Below are positions 1 to 14,297 of a stretch of DNA of 64,000 nucleotides, in pieces. Both the position numbers and the translations under genes were made by a program. The stretch lies in NCBI RefSeq assembly GCF_026210795.1, contig NC_089430.1:5890001-5954000 (forward strand). Reading direction: 5' to 3'. Source of the stretch: Rhizophagus irregularis (Eukaryota). The notes under the pieces are model-generated. The model did no database searches and was not told the DNA's origin. It worked only from the letters and a program-made list of their open reading frames with translations. The first letter of the stretch is position 1; the number at the start of each line of letters is the position of its first letter.

Positions 1-321
1 TAAAAAACTTGCTTATAAGTAAACTACTCGAAAATTGAGATTTTTCTATAATTTCCACTGGTATTCACAGGTTATCTAAATGATTTTTTAGAAAAATCAT
101 GGGTATTCACAAATTTTTGATAATCATATTTTTATAGGAGCGCTAGCTGTGATCGCACTAAATTAAAAACAGCAATAAAAGTTATTTTAACATACAAATA
201 GTAAAGAATTTTTTCGAATAATGATATTTTTTAATAAGAATATTAAAATTGTAATCAAAACTAGAAAAACGGAAACAATTATAGTTCCGTCGTAACCGAA
301 GTGGCGCAGTACACGTTCAAT

Positions 322-563
322 GACTTTCCCAGCGTAACCTGAAAAAAATGTCACGAAAAAATCACGTGACTTTTTTGTCACAACTGTCACACCCCACTGC
401 GTTTCCATTTTCTATAAGTATCTGAGGGACTTAGTTTTTTTCGAGTAGGTAAAAACTTATTCGTCACACCTTATTCGTCACAAGTGCGCCACACTTAATT
501 TCAGTCAAGTTGCGTAATGCCGGCCATTTCATGACATTTTTTTCAGGTTACGCTAGGGAAGTC
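322..563. mobile_element. Mutator-like (MULE) MITE, 242 bp
   Basis: ~37-bp imperfect TIRs (gactttcccagcgtaacctgaaaaaaatgtcacgaaa / tttcatgacatttttttcaggttacgctagggaagtc) flanked by a perfect 9-bp direct repeat ACGTTCAAT (313-321 and 564-572). A 9-bp TSD is typical of MULEs. Confidence 0.85.
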
Positions 564-1269
564 ACGTTCAATCATTCGTTACATACTGTAAGTATATTCA
601 GGGGATAGTACGATTTTTTGTGAGATCATGGTAGACCGTCTATTCGTGGTTATACAGTATAAACAACTTAAAATTTAATAATAAACTGTTAAATTAGGCA
701 TGATCTTGAAGTAGCATGCATAATATTTTTTACCCCATATAATAACTATAATTTATTAAAACGACTCTGGAGATAGTCTTCCGCTTCAATTAAAACCATT
801 TAATATTAAAAATTGTCACGATTCATTAAACCACCTATTTAACTGTAATATAGTAAATTTCACAAGCTACGTAGTAAATTTTGATGCTAAGTACTTGTTG
901 GGTACTCAGCTACTCGGATTTCCGGAAAACTGAAAAATAAACAATAAGACCAGGGATAACCGTCCATGTTCGTCATCTTTTGTAAGAGAATTATCAGCAA
1001 AAATTATTCCATTTAATAATTTTTGTTGATTGGTTAAGTCGTATTATCAAACGACCCTAGCATTACCATGGTAGCCGGATCTGTTGCCAGGTTACACATG
1101 ATCTGCGAACATGATCTGGACGATTATTTTTGGTAATTATAAAACTTTTATTGATCTTTTACACCACACAGTCACACACCACCTTTCTTTCTTTTACGAA
1201 ATATTTTTCTAAAAAATTGTTAACATATCATATCAACAACAAAATAAGGTTTGTAAAGGGTGTCTTATA

Positions 1270-3553
1270 CAGTCAAACCTCAATGTACCGATACAGTTGT
1301 TTTGGGGGAATTGTATCGGTATATCATATTATCGGTATATTATAAATTTATATATATTATGTGAAATTTATATCGTCGATCAATTTATTATAAAATTAGA
1401 TATAAAATTCGTATTATTATTATTAAAACGATAGATTTAACCAATATTTATTAGTATTTGTATATTAAGAAACAAAAATATCAGCGTAAATATTACACAA
1501 TTTGAATAAAATGATCCAATGTAGTTTGTTTTAGGCTATTAATATGTGATTTTAAAACTTTATGTCTTAGTTTTCGTAATAAACTTGTTTCATTTGGATC
1601 AATAGAAATATCTAATGAATATTCAAAAAATAAAACAAGATTATCCAAATTATCTAGAGCTTCCGTTTTTGAAATTACCTTTGGAGATTCTTCAATTGGA
1701 TCCGTTTTTGGTTCATCATCATTTGATTTTATTATGGATACAATTTCTTCATCAGTCAGCCCTCCATCAACTTGTAAACGATCATCGATATGAAGGAATT
1801 CTTCCGCATCCATAGGATCATCATATGGAAGTTGGTCGATAAGTTCTTGTAATTCTATTTCATTGTAAGCTTCTTGATCAGCTTGATCTTCATTTTCTTC
1901 GCCTTCATCAATTTCATCTTGTGGAAGAATTCCTGTATGCCTCCAACAGTTAACAATTGTTCGTTGACTTACAAAATCCCAAGCTTCTTTACTAAAATTA
2001 ATGGCATCACAAATATTTATAGGCGTAACTCCTTTGTTTAATTCTTGAGAAATTTCATACGCTTCAATTCTGTTCCTAACGATCAATTTCCGGTACTGTG
2101 CCTAAATAATTAAAAATTAATAATCCTTATATTTATAAGTTAATAATTAAATATCAACTTACCTTAAAAGATTTAATAATTCCTGCATCGCAAGGTTGCA
2201 AATGTGCTGTAGTATTTGGTGGCAGAAAGTGTACAGTCACATTTGTCAATCTCACATTTTCATCAATAACGTGTACAGGAGCGTTATCAACAAGTAATAG
2301 AATTTTGCGATTTTGTAATCGCATTCGTTTATCCAATTTTGTGAGATAATCGTTCCATACAGACACTTGCATCCAGGAAGTTGAGTTCCAATAATATTCT
2401 ACCAGTAAATCTTCTTTTTTTTTTTTATGTAACGCTTGAGGATTTTGATAAGCGTGGATAAAAAGTGGTTTCATTTTTTCTGTACCAGTTGCATTGCACG
2501 TGAAGAGTAGTGTAACTCGTTTTTTGGATTTTTTCTTCCCAGCAAGAGGACCTTGCGCTAACGTTTTTGAAGGTTCAAGATCCCAATACAACCCTAAAAA
2601 TGAAAAAAAAATTATTATGTGCTCAAAATTATTTAAAATATATTCAGCTTACCCGTTTCATCACAATTAAAAACATCGTTTAAATCATAATTTTTAAGAA
2701 TTTCATGCAATTTATTCCTCTCTTCGTCTAATGTTTCCAGAGGTGCACTGTTTGCTTCACCCCACTTAACATGCTCTTTTAAATTATACCGTTTTTTAAA
2801 TTTATCCATCCACCCATTAGAAGCTGAAAACCTAGTAATTTCAAATTGCTGTGCAAAGAATTTAGCTTTTTCGCGCAAGATATCACCATTAATTACAAGA
2901 TTTGCAGAAAGTGCGTTTGTAATCCACAATGAAAGGGCCTCTTCAACTTGGGGAAAATGAACCTGCTTTTCTCTTTGTTTATTTGACTCTTCTGAGTCTG
3001 GATTAATAAAAAGCCACTTATCTTTTTTTTTTAAAATATCGGAAACAGTATTTTGTTTGATATTATATAAGTTGGCAAGTTCTGTTTGGGTAAGTCGTGG
3101 TGTTTTTTGAGAATCTAAACAGAGTTGGTGCTTCTGCGCATGTGTTAAAACAACTCTTTTGTTTGGTTGAGAGGACTCTTTGGTGGATTTTCTTTTTCCT
3201 TGTTGAGACATGATACATGTTTTGTGTAAAACACGAACTATTCGATGGTTTTTTTATTAAAAACATTTTTTAAGAACGAAACATTTGTCACATGTAGAAA
3301 TTTGGGCATTTACATTATGTAAAATAGCCGATAATCTCAATGTAACATGTGGTGTAACCTGATTATCGTTACATTTTTATTATACACAATTATACAGGGA
3401 CAAAGGGTGAATATCAGTACACGTTACATCGCGAATCTATATATGATATCGGTACGGTGAGGTTTTTTTATTAAATATGAAATGGGACAGTGAAAATTTA
3501 TCGATATAGGAAATTATCGGTATATAGGGTATCGGTACATTGAGGTTTGACTG
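1270..3553 (-). mobile_element. pogo/Tigger-family (Tc1/mariner superfamily) DNA transposon, apparently full length
   Basis: Perfect 25-bp TIRs CAGTCAAACCTCAATGTACCGATAC (1270-1294 and 3529-3553) with TA on both sides (1268-1269, 3554-3555). Encloses a transposase gene. Confidence 0.95.
1493..3211 (-). CDS. pogo/Tigger DDE_1 transposase with CENP-B-type HTH, 3 exons (3211-2653, 2593-2163, 2101-1493), ~532 aa
   Basis: GT-AG splicing joins three ORFs in frame (CDETG|LYWD, SFK|AQYRK). Motifs: FSASNGWMDKFKKR, CDETG, LLVDN, LQPCDAG (DD32D spacing), and C-terminal KQTTLDHF (PIP-box-like). Confidence 0.93.
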
Positions 3554-3818
3554 TACTAGAGAAGGTTGGGGATTTTTTATTGAAAAAGGAATTATTTTGA
3601 AAAATGTTGCAAACGCTAAAATAATATTACAAGATCACATTCAATAAAAAAAAACAAAGATTCTGACGTGACAATTATTTATGCAGGATATAACAGAAAT
3701 CATATATATTTCCTTAACCTTTTATAGATAATACTAATAAATTTTATGAAGGAAAAAATACTGAACTAAGCATGAGTTTGAATAATTTAATTGTGAAATT
3801 GAGCGTTAAATAGGTAAT

Positions 3819-5518
3819 AGTTATTTTACGGGGAACTGTGGATATCAATGATTTTCACGGTGCAGCCATGAAAATCATGATATTCCAGTGACTCCGTGAA
3901 ATAACTGATTTATCCCACGGTTCCGTCCTTTTCTCCTGTGAGTTTATTTGATAGTTTATTTTGACTATTAGTAATAGTTTATTTTATAGTTTATTTTTAA
4001 CTATTATAAATAGTATTTGTCTAACTATTATTAAACTCTACTGCTTTCTTCTTTATTCCACTTATTCAAACCATAATGGTTAAAAAAAATAAAAAAACTT
4101 TACACAAATTCCTCAACCTGCAGTTTCCTTGGATTTAGACAGAGATGACGCACAAGCTAAGGCTTCCTATTATTGTGAGAAAGCAAAAGTAAGAAATACT
4201 GAAAAATCAAGATCACAAAATTTGAAGAATTCCGTGTTTGTGCTAACTATTCAGTCCCTTTAAGTGAACTTGATGATGTTTCTCTGCTTCAGCAACAACT
4301 TGGTGAATACATCTCTACTATGAAAAGAAATGATGGTTGTGAATATAAAGCAACATCAATTAAGCAAGCTGTTGATGCACTTAATAGATACCTTGTTTGC
4401 CATTCACCTATCTTATGAATTAATTTGCATGATAAATATATGTTTCCAGATTTACATAATGTTTTACATGGGAAGATGCATGATCTTCAAGAACATGGCT
4501 TTGGCGAAACATCAGGTTCAGTTGCCATCAATCCTCAGCAAATTCTCCAAATTTTACAGCATCCAAGAATGAATACAAGTAGTCCTGAAGGTCTTTTGTA
4601 TCGTATCTTTTTTCGATTATCAATAATACTTGCTATGCGTGGAGAAGAACATTATGACCTAAAAATTGATCAATTTAAATCAGATGGACATGATGGTTTG
4701 CAATTTTTTCGTTATACATCTAAGAATAATCAACGTGGGCAAGGCCCAAATTATTTCAATACCTGCTGACGATAGTGGACCCTGCACAGATATTAAATAT
4801 TACTTATCTAAACGTCCAGATTTATCTGAGGATAACTTTTATTTGCAACCTAATCCATCTTGGCTAGAAAATGGAATTTGGTATAAAACATCTCACATAG
4901 GAAAAAATAGATTGAATAAATTTATGCAAAACATTGGACGTGAAACTCAAATTGATATTCCTATTGAATTACTTTCTAATCATTCTGGACGTAAAACTGC
5001 TACTCAAGTCTTACAAGATGAAGAAATTCCTGAACAAGCAATTATGCAACTTACTGGGCATAAAAGTGTTCAAGGAGTGCGAGCTTATAAAAAAATTAAT
5101 GAAGAGCAACAACTTAATACTTTAAAGACATTAATTAATATTACTGATGATAAATTATCTTCTAAACAAAATAATTCATCCTCACAAGATAATTCAATTA
5201 ATGATAATGTTGAAATTACAAAATCACGTGTTTCTCTTCAAGAAATTTCTTTGTCTGCAAATTCCTTAGGAAATGAAATACCTATATTTCAAAACTGTAC
5301 CTTTTCAAATGTTTCTTTTTATATACAAAAATAGTTTCGATTTTATAATTCTTTATGTATAAATGCAAATAATATAATATCATTTTTATTTTCAATAGTA
5401 TAATAATAAGTTTAACAATAAAAAGTATAATTTATTATGTGATATAAACATGTTGATCAGTTACCATGAAAATATCAGTAAAAAAAGTTACAGAAATTGA
5501 TTAGGAACCGTGGGATAA
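3819..5518 (+). mobile_element. Crypton-like tyrosine-recombinase element 1 (decayed)
   Basis: Imperfect palindrome at 3819-3906, then a 15-bp inverted repeat TTATCCCACGGTTCC (3910-3924) matching GGAACCGTGGGATAA (5504-5518) that encloses a YR gene. Confidence 0.75.
4076..5334 (+). pseudogene. Tyrosine recombinase (Crypton/DUF3504-like) pseudogene
   Basis: Catalytic-type motifs AMRGEEH, TSKNNQ, NHSGRKT, TGHKS, RAYKK and C-terminal FQNCTF. In-frame TGA near 4416 and frame changes near 4095, 4215 and 4738. Confidence 0.85.
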
Positions 5519-7185
5519 TATTTCTTATATCAGAAGGTGATGGTTACATATGGGTTAGAAAAAGGACACTCTTCTTTTGACATAGCAATATTTCGTATTT
5601 GTAATGCATAAGAACAAACTATTTAGCGTTAATTATATTTACAAATAAAATACATGATCTATTATAGCGAAAGTAAGTAAAATGTAGTATCTTAATAGTT
5701 TATTATAATAAATAATAAAATTAAAAGTACATAAAATAACTTTATCACATTTTTTTCCAATAAAAAAATACATCACGATAAAATAAAATTACCAAAAATA
5801 ATTTAACACAAAAATTTTTTTTAGTTAACAGACAAAAATTTTTCAGGTTTAATTATACTATTTGTTTTATATATTTTTTATTCTAGGGTAGCGTAAATTT
5901 AGTTAATATAAATTTGTATAACTATACTTTCATAGGTAAAATAGCTTTTTTTTAACCAATATTTTTTTATTTTTATTTTAAACATACAGACAGCAACGGG
6001 GCTGCTACAGAACGCTTTTTTAATCAATAAATAATTACCGAAAATAATCGTCCGAATCATGTGCGCAGATCATGTGTATCCTGGCAACAATTTTACATGG
6101 TAATGCTAGGGTCGTTTTTTATCTATGCAAAGTATCACATGACATTCTACACCAGTTACGTGACTAATAATTCCTTCTAATTCGGTTTGTTATACCTTTT
6201 CCATAGAAGGAATGTTCAAGAAGATCACAGAATATTCTTTTTGGAAACGAAAGAAGTGAAAGTATTTAGAATTTCCATCACAAGTAAGAAATAGTAGTGT
6301 AGATCATATAAGCCGATGATATTTTTAGAATAGTATGTTGGGATCGGACGTTGTTACTGTACAGTATTATTAACTAATGTAAATTGGCATAGATTCCAAT
6401 AGATTCCTGCAAATTCCATTGGAATTTCATTCAGTAGACTGCTTTTGGAACTTTTTTGTACACAGTCAAACCTTAAAAAAAAAGCGTGTATCTTTTTTAT
6501 TGAGTCAGTCATAAGAGGTCTTGTATTAGCGTTTAATAATAAATGATTGTCAGGACATATGTATATATGTGTCTGATTGATATGACCTTTTATAGCTTTC
6601 GGTTAAATTGATGCACAATTGATTAGGCAAATTGGTAAGCCAATAAGCCAAAATGGATTGCTGTAAAATTCCCACATACTGGATGATAAATTTTTTTTTA
6701 ACCACTAATATTTGTTTTACAGTATTTTCATTGTTCATAATGTTACCTGTTCTTTAAATGTCTTAGTAATCTCAATTTGTCGCAACTTCTGTCGCACTAA
6801 AATCGGTATAAACTCATTTTATAAACATAAAAAAAAAAGATAGTTTGATAACATCTGATCTTTTTTTTTTAACATTGTTACAAAATTGAATGGCACAGAT
6901 TAATAATAAATTTCCTGCAGAATCAAATAAAGACGTTACAATAAAAATAATTTTTTTTTATCATTATGCATGATGAAATATCTAATTTACTTTTTTTTAT
7001 CCAATTAAATAAGCTAACTTTATCATTAAAACAATTCTTGGCGTGCATACTTATTATGCTTAATATAAATGGTAAATTTTAATAAAATAAATTTTTATAA
7101 AAATGTCGGTTTTTTATAAAAGGAGCGGTAAAAAAAAAATATTTTTTTCATAAATTTTTATAAATAAAATTTCATTCACGCAATA

Positions 7186-10100
7186 ATGGAAGTTGAAACT
7201 CAAAATAATACATCCCCATCAGAAATGAAAATTGATATTCCTGATAATATAAAAGAACATGAGGAAGAAATTGAAAAAACTCCACCAGAAACGAAGGATG
7301 ATCCTTTTAAAGAACATAGGAAATCAATTGATCGAATTTTTGTTTCTCAATACATGGATACTAGTACTTACAATGAAGAATATGGTTCAGATGATTATGT
7401 TGTTACTTATAGTATTCAAGATAAATCAGTTCTTGGATGGTCAATTAAAGAGAATGGATCACAACCCGATGTTTATTTTAAGATGGATAAAATCAATAAA
7501 ATCGACGAATATATGTTAAACTATTCTGTACTAAGTAAAAAAATCTTGTTATTACGTAATGATATAAATTATTGTAAGTATTTATTTTGACTCAAAATAA
7601 TAGTAATCTAATTTTATGTTTTAATTAATAGTTTATATTCTTAATTGTAGGGTTGATTGATTTAAATAGTGATCGTACTAGTAGTGATCGATTTCTTAAA
7701 CTAAAGCATCAAGTTTCTCAAAATATTGCTTATTATTTTTTTAATATTATTGGATTCCTTCCTAATGGTGATTTAATTCAAGTATTAGTAAAAGATCGCA
7801 AAATTTACAAGTACTGTTTCACAGATAAACCAAAAAATACAGTTCCTTGGGAATATTCTCAAATTAATGATATAAAAAGTCCCCAATGTTTAAATGATAA
7901 AAGTATATTGAGATGTTTTATATATCAAACAAAATTATTTCTATCAGTTTGCGATAATAAAACGTTTCAATTTGATTTATTGACAATGAATTTAGAAAGA
8001 AAATACCATAATTGTCTGGGTCAGAGGTGTCATATAACAGTGAATAAAAATCAAGCGCTATTGGCGGCATGTTCATTTGGTAAAACTTACGTATATTCAA
8101 TGGAAAATGGAATGTTGATTTATGAGAGTGAGTATTACTTTTACAATACATACAGTACATTTTTATATGATAGATTTTCTAATTATAATTTATTCGCAGA
8201 TGAGGATAGTGGGTATGGTTGTGGTGTGCAGTTCATAACTTTGAAAAATACTGAAAGATTATTCATTTATCATGAATATAGTGGTGGTAAACTTGTAGAT
8301 CCCTATCAAGTTTATGATGAAATTGTCATTTCCGATGGTTTTAATGGAGAAAAAAGTGTGATAACTGAATTAAATAGAAAAATTTTCATTGATAATGGTA
8401 ATGTTTGCATCACAAATGGTTTAAATGGAATCGATGAAAATAAATTGGAACAATTATCAAACAAGATCACATATAGAAATAGCAATTATACTTTTTCTAC
8501 CTTTAAAATTATACAAAGCATGCTTAAAGAAATCATTAACCAAGATGAAAATAAAAATGTTGTATCATATAACAACGTGATTGTGTTAAAAGATGATTTT
8601 GAAATTGAAAATATTGGTCTTGGTAAACTTGTTCTTTATAATGAATCCGGTATTAATTATCTGGGAATTGAAAAAGATAATGGACATCGAGAACAATTAT
8701 GTAATGTACTCTCAGCTAAATTATTAAATAACCAGGATTTGGTAGTAATTAATATTAGAGGAATCAGTATTGGTACAATAAACGATGGTACAATAAGCAA
8801 TGAAGAACGATATTTATGGTATAATAATGAATGGAAAGATCTTTATGACAAATTCAGAGAAGATCGTGATATTAATAAACACTTTAAGCCACTTATTGAA
8901 AAAATTTTAAAAAATGAATTTGATGATTCAAAACACTCAATACCATTACCAATATTTATAGGGATAAGTTATATTTATAATGTTATAATTGAGAATGTTA
9001 TAAATGATAATTTAGTATCGCCAAAATTTGGAATTGAAATGTTAAAAATAGCAATTAAAGAAAAACATGAACATGCTATCCGATACATTATTGAATCAAC
9101 TCAAGATTATTCCGAAAATTATATGACTATTATTAGTTTAAACTTAGTAGAATTGTGTGATTATTATCCTGATTTCATAATTAAATATATCTCATCTACT
9201 TCTATTATGTTGTATCCTCATTATTGGGTCACTGAGAATTCAAAAAATACTTCACTTCATTCATACACAGATATTTGCATTAAAGGATCGAATATGGAAA
9301 ATAGCTATTTTAAGCCTATTTTAGCAATATACAAAGGATTAATTCGGTATTTAAGGGTAGAGGAAGAAATCCAAATAGTCAGTTTCATTGTTCCTTTTCT
9401 TCAAATCTATGTATACCGAGATGACTCCAAAAATAATGACCATGAAAACCGTGAAACTGAAAAAGATCATGATATTAAATCAAAAATAATCACAATACTA
9501 AAAAAATTGATCACTGGACTAAAAATAATCATGATGATACCAAATAGTAATAGTATTTGGAATAAATTTTTATATAAACAAAAATCTATTCTATTTTGTA
9601 ATATAGATAGTAATAATTTTTATAATTGGTGGAATTTTGCTGCAATTGTAGATTTTAAATGGAAAACTTTTGGAAAACGTTACTATTATCTGATCTGGTT
9701 ATTTTATACAATTTTTTATATTTGTTATTCATTAGCTTCTACATTAGAACAAAAGTCTATCCCTGATCTTTATTTTAAATTACTTTTTACAATTTCTATT
9801 ATATTTGGCTCTATATTTTTAATTAATGAAATTCGATATTTTCTATGGGATCGTAAAATTTATTTAAATGATATATGGAATTTATTTGGTAAGTAACATT
9901 TATTAATTGCTTTACATTTAAACAAAAATTAACTTGATTTAATCATCAAAATAGATACAGGAGCATATCTTTTACCCATTATAACATCAATTATTTGGCT
10001 TATTAATAAAAGCCCACCACCTTGGCTTACAGCAATATCTATTATATTATTGAGTTTCAAATTTTTATTATTTTTTAGAGTATTTAAATCGTATGGAATT

Positions 10101-11360
10101 TATTTTGCCATAGTAATTGGTGTTGCGGGAAAAGTTTTTCCATTTTTAGTTCTCTTATTTTTTATAGTACTTGGATATGCTCAAGCATTTTTTATTATTC
10201 TAAAATCAAATAGTATTAATGACGATGATCCAAGGAATCTTCCTACAAATTTGTTTAATTGGTTTCCCACTTCACTTTTAGCGGTATATAATCTTCTCAC
10301 TGGTAATAATTTATTTTTATTTATAACTCAGTTTTTTTTCGAAAAAAAAAAACAAATATTTTAATAACTTTTTAATATAATTATAGGTGATTCTGGATCT
10401 TTATCATCATTTACTTATCGTGAAAATCCCACTATGACCATTTTATTGGTTACCTTTACATTTTTCACAGTAATATACCTTATGAATTTATTTATTGGAT
10501 TACTCAATATAGCAATTGATGATTATAATAAAGAAGAAGAATATTTACTTCAAAAAGCACAGGTAAACTTTTTTAAATATTAAATGATTATAATATCAAT
10601 TTTATTTTACTAACTAATACTTTATTTTTAAAGATTATTATGGAGATTGAATTATTTTATATGTTACCATGGCAACGTAAAAAGAAGGAATGGTTTCCAG
10701 ATCAGATGTAAGTATTAATTATATTGCCAATATTAATTTTTTAGTTTTTGTACATTTTATTAACATATTTTAACTATTTTAAGTTATTATGATATACCTC
10801 TTACTGAGGTTCGTAAATTAATAAATGCAATTGATAATAAACTGACTGTGTTTAATTATCCTCCAATTATTGATAAGGAATTGAGAAAGTTGGTAGTACT
10901 TAATAATGATAATAAAAAGCAAGATAATGAGGAAGAACAAAACAATAAACTAGAAAAGAAAATGGATCAACTTACAAAACAAAATGTTAAGCTTAAACAA
11001 CAAATGAGATGTATTATGAAATATATTGATAGTGAGAAAGAACAAGATAGTGACGAAGATAGTGAGAAAGAACAAAATAATAAACTAGAGGAACAAATAG
11101 AACAAACAAAGGAAGAACTTCCAAAACAAAATATCGGACTTAATCAACAAATGGATAAACTTAATCAACAAATGGAAAGTATTATAAAATATATTGGGAT
11201 AGAACAAGATAATAAGGAAGAAAAAAATGATAAACTAGAGAAGCAATTAGAACAAACGAAAGAAGAACTTCCAAAACAAAACGGTGGACTTAAACAACAA
11301 ATGGATAAACTTAATCAACAAATGGAAAATATTATGGAATTATTATTAAAAAGAAACTAG
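7186..11360 (+). CDS. TRP-like cation channel (6 exons: 7186-7573, 7651-9888, 9955-10302, 10387-10562, 10634-10707, 10783-11360)
   Basis: GT-AG introns join in frame. Features: AIVDFKWKTFG pre-S1, multiple TM helices, WNLFD, pore-like LLTGD, S6 MNLFIGLLN, TRP-box-like QKAQIIMEIE, and C-terminal coiled-coil repeats. Confidence 0.85.
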
Positions 11361-13792
11361 AACTTACAGTTTGTGAGAACTTTGTCCCCACGCAATTTTT
11401 TTTTATACAATATCAAAAGTGGTTTTATTCGGTTTATAAATCATATAACGATTTAAAGGAACATTTTTTTGTAAAATTGATAGTGTAAAAAAAATATTTT
11501 TGACAGAAACAGAATGTAAAACATTTTATAACTAAATTAAATTATGGTGGAACAACTAAAACTATGGTTTATTTCAAACTAGAGTGAATTTTTCAAAAGT
11601 TCGTCCCATCATTACCACATTAATCTCAACGGCGATTTTACATCTAATCGAACACACTTTTTTTCTTTTTCTTCTTCACTGTTATAATATATCATTTTAC
11701 GTCTTTGTACTCATTATTTAAACTCGTATTATACTTAAAATGTTGTTGCTTATTTTTGAATAAATAGTACGCTAAACAGATTCATGATTTTTTTCTTTCA
11801 CCAATCCAGAAACAAAAAATGCATTTAGGGTCTTATTCTGGCTCCTTCAGAAGCGTGTGTTTTCTCTATGAGAATCCCCAAAAAAAGTTTCGATAGAAAC
11901 GAATAGTGATTGTGTAGAATTTCGTAAATCTGAAGTGATTGATTTTCATTTTCATCGGAAACTTTTGTCGCTAAATTTTTCTAGTGAAAAATAAAAATTT
12001 TATGATTCTAATTGTTGATTACGTAATCGATAAGATAATTGTCTCAGTTTAAATCACATTATTGATAAAATGCTTCCAAGACCCAGGGAATAATTCTAGA
12101 AGAGTCTGAAGCATCGGTTTAATATTGGTTTCATTGATTCTTTGTAGACGGTTGGCTTGTTCGATAATATCTCCCTTCACATGGACAAAATTTGCGCATT
12201 GTTCTACTTAGACTATACCAAAAATGATCAATGAAAGTTAATACAAACAATAATTGTATAGTTCATTGCAGTTGCGAAGATAAAAAGTGATTATATCAAT
12301 TACCTAATATAATACATGATCTTATTACGTAAAACTATCTGTAAAACTATTTCTATATGTTCTATGTAAATTATATATCTTGCGTTGAAATAAGAAAAAG
12401 TCCTCGGTTTATACATCTGATAACGGATTCTTTGCAATAAAAAAAGAATCCTCCGATTATATACTTCTATTTTTTCTAATGGAAATAATCTCTCTTGATA
12501 GGACGTAGCTGTATTCTTACAAGCAAGGTATGCAATGAGTCCTTTTTATAATAATAAATTGATAGATAGGTTATAGGTACATACAGTACTTACATGATTT
12601 GGAACGGTCCTAGCCGAATCGTATGGGCGGGATTCGACGCATCACGTGATTTACAAAGATAAACTATTATTTAATTTATGTTACACAAATTTTGTAACGA
12701 ACCGAAAAAAAAACTTGTATTTTGATGATATTATGTTAAAATTTTCATTACAGCTTTGTTAAAATATTAAAACTAGACAAAAATCCGGTGAATCATGTCT
12801 ATTAAATAAGAAACCAAAATTAGATAAAATAGTTATATATTTATAAAATCAAAATAAAAAAGTAAAACATTTACAAAAAATATTTTAAAAATATTATAAA
12901 ATTAAACTCTTAAATAACTTTAAAAGATTTCAAGTTTCTTTTAAAGCTTGATTTACTTAAAAAAACGCACTTACTTTACTGGTCAAAAAACCCATTCCCA
13001 ACCAATTTCCAACTTGTAGACGAAACAGAGAAAAAATTTTTTTTCATGTTCCGATTTTGCCGATCACTTTATTATTTTTATTTTATTACACAAAATTACA
13101 TATATATCCATGATTATATCATATGATCGTTATTATTAAAGTGCGCAAAATCTATTCATACGTTATAATATTTAGTTAATGTGACCAATTAGCCCATATG
13201 ATAAATCAAGTGATTTCTTGTGCGTTGAAAATTTCATTGATGTCTGTAGTCGAATTATCATATGTCCACGTTGTAGATAATATTATAGAAGAAACCTACG
13301 GAGTAAATTGTTTCTTGTGTTTCTCTTAATGTGGTAGGATCTTATGTTATAGTAATAGACTATGTGTAAAAATAATTCATCCGAAAATTAATCAATTAAT
13401 TTCAATGCGGCAAGTTCCTATTTTTTCTCATATGTAAATAACAAGTTCTTTTGCTGGTAATGCATTATAAAAAATATGAATTGTTTACACAATCTAGTAT
13501 TTTGATATAGTTATTCGTGGTGAATTTCGATGATTATACTAACATCGATTCTATAAAACTTTCCCACATGATACGTTCTAGCATGGAATCACTTCTAATT
13601 AATTCTCCTTTGGTGTTTCTATCATGTGTCCTATAGATATTAATAAACTGTTTCTCAATATTATTAAATTCTGAAAAATGTTTGCGTAACTTGTCCTTCC
13701 ATTTGACTAAAATACCATGATCTTCCACTGAAATTGCTTTTCATGCTTGTCATATACAGATTTTTATAAATGGCTTTACAATATACTTCCTT

Positions 13793-14297
13793 GGGTCTGG
13801 TTCATTTCACTGACAATCATTTCACCGACATAAAAATAGATATTGAATATGAGATATTTTATTATAAAAACTTTTTTAGATATTTAGTTTGGATCTAATA
13901 AGTATTGATACTTATTTTCACCTTAGACGGGTTAGTAGATAGAATAACTCAATAACATATAAATTTCATTAAAATAATAAAAGAAATGCGCGTTACTAAC
14001 AAATATATATATATATACAGTATAAACTTTTTAGTTTTTGATCACAACAAAACATTAATACATTTATTAAAAAAAATAAAAGTATGCGCTATTCCCCTAA
14101 GGTAATCTATAGTAGTAGTTTTTTTGTATTTTATTAAATCTAACAAAGAAATACGTGTTACTAACAATAAAAATTCCCTATTTCATGTAAGATATATGTA
14201 AAAATATTTATAAAATTTTTATATTTAATTTTATATATACTGTATGTTGGTGAAATGATTGTCGGTAAAGTAATTGTCGGTGAGTTAAACGCGACCC
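13793..14297. mobile_element. Non-autonomous TIR element (~505 bp) inserted in a degenerate ORF remnant
   Basis: Ends gggtctggttcatttcactgacaatcatttcaccgacata / tatgttggtgaaatgattgtcggtaaagtaattgtcggtgagttaaacgcgaccc are imperfect inverted repeats with tcaccgaca-like subrepeats. TSD is only approximate (ttcctt / ttctctt). Confidence 0.6.

Larger units (their letters stand above)
1051..6115. mobile_element. Outer non-autonomous TIR element (possibly MULE-derived) hosting nested pogo and Crypton-like insertions
   Basis: 1051-1140 (acgaccctagcattaccatg...tgttgccagg..acacatgatctgcg.acatgat..ggacgattatt) is an imperfect reverse complement of ~6031-6115. No clean TSD found. The terminus loosely resembles the MULE TIR at 322. 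Confidence 0.65.
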
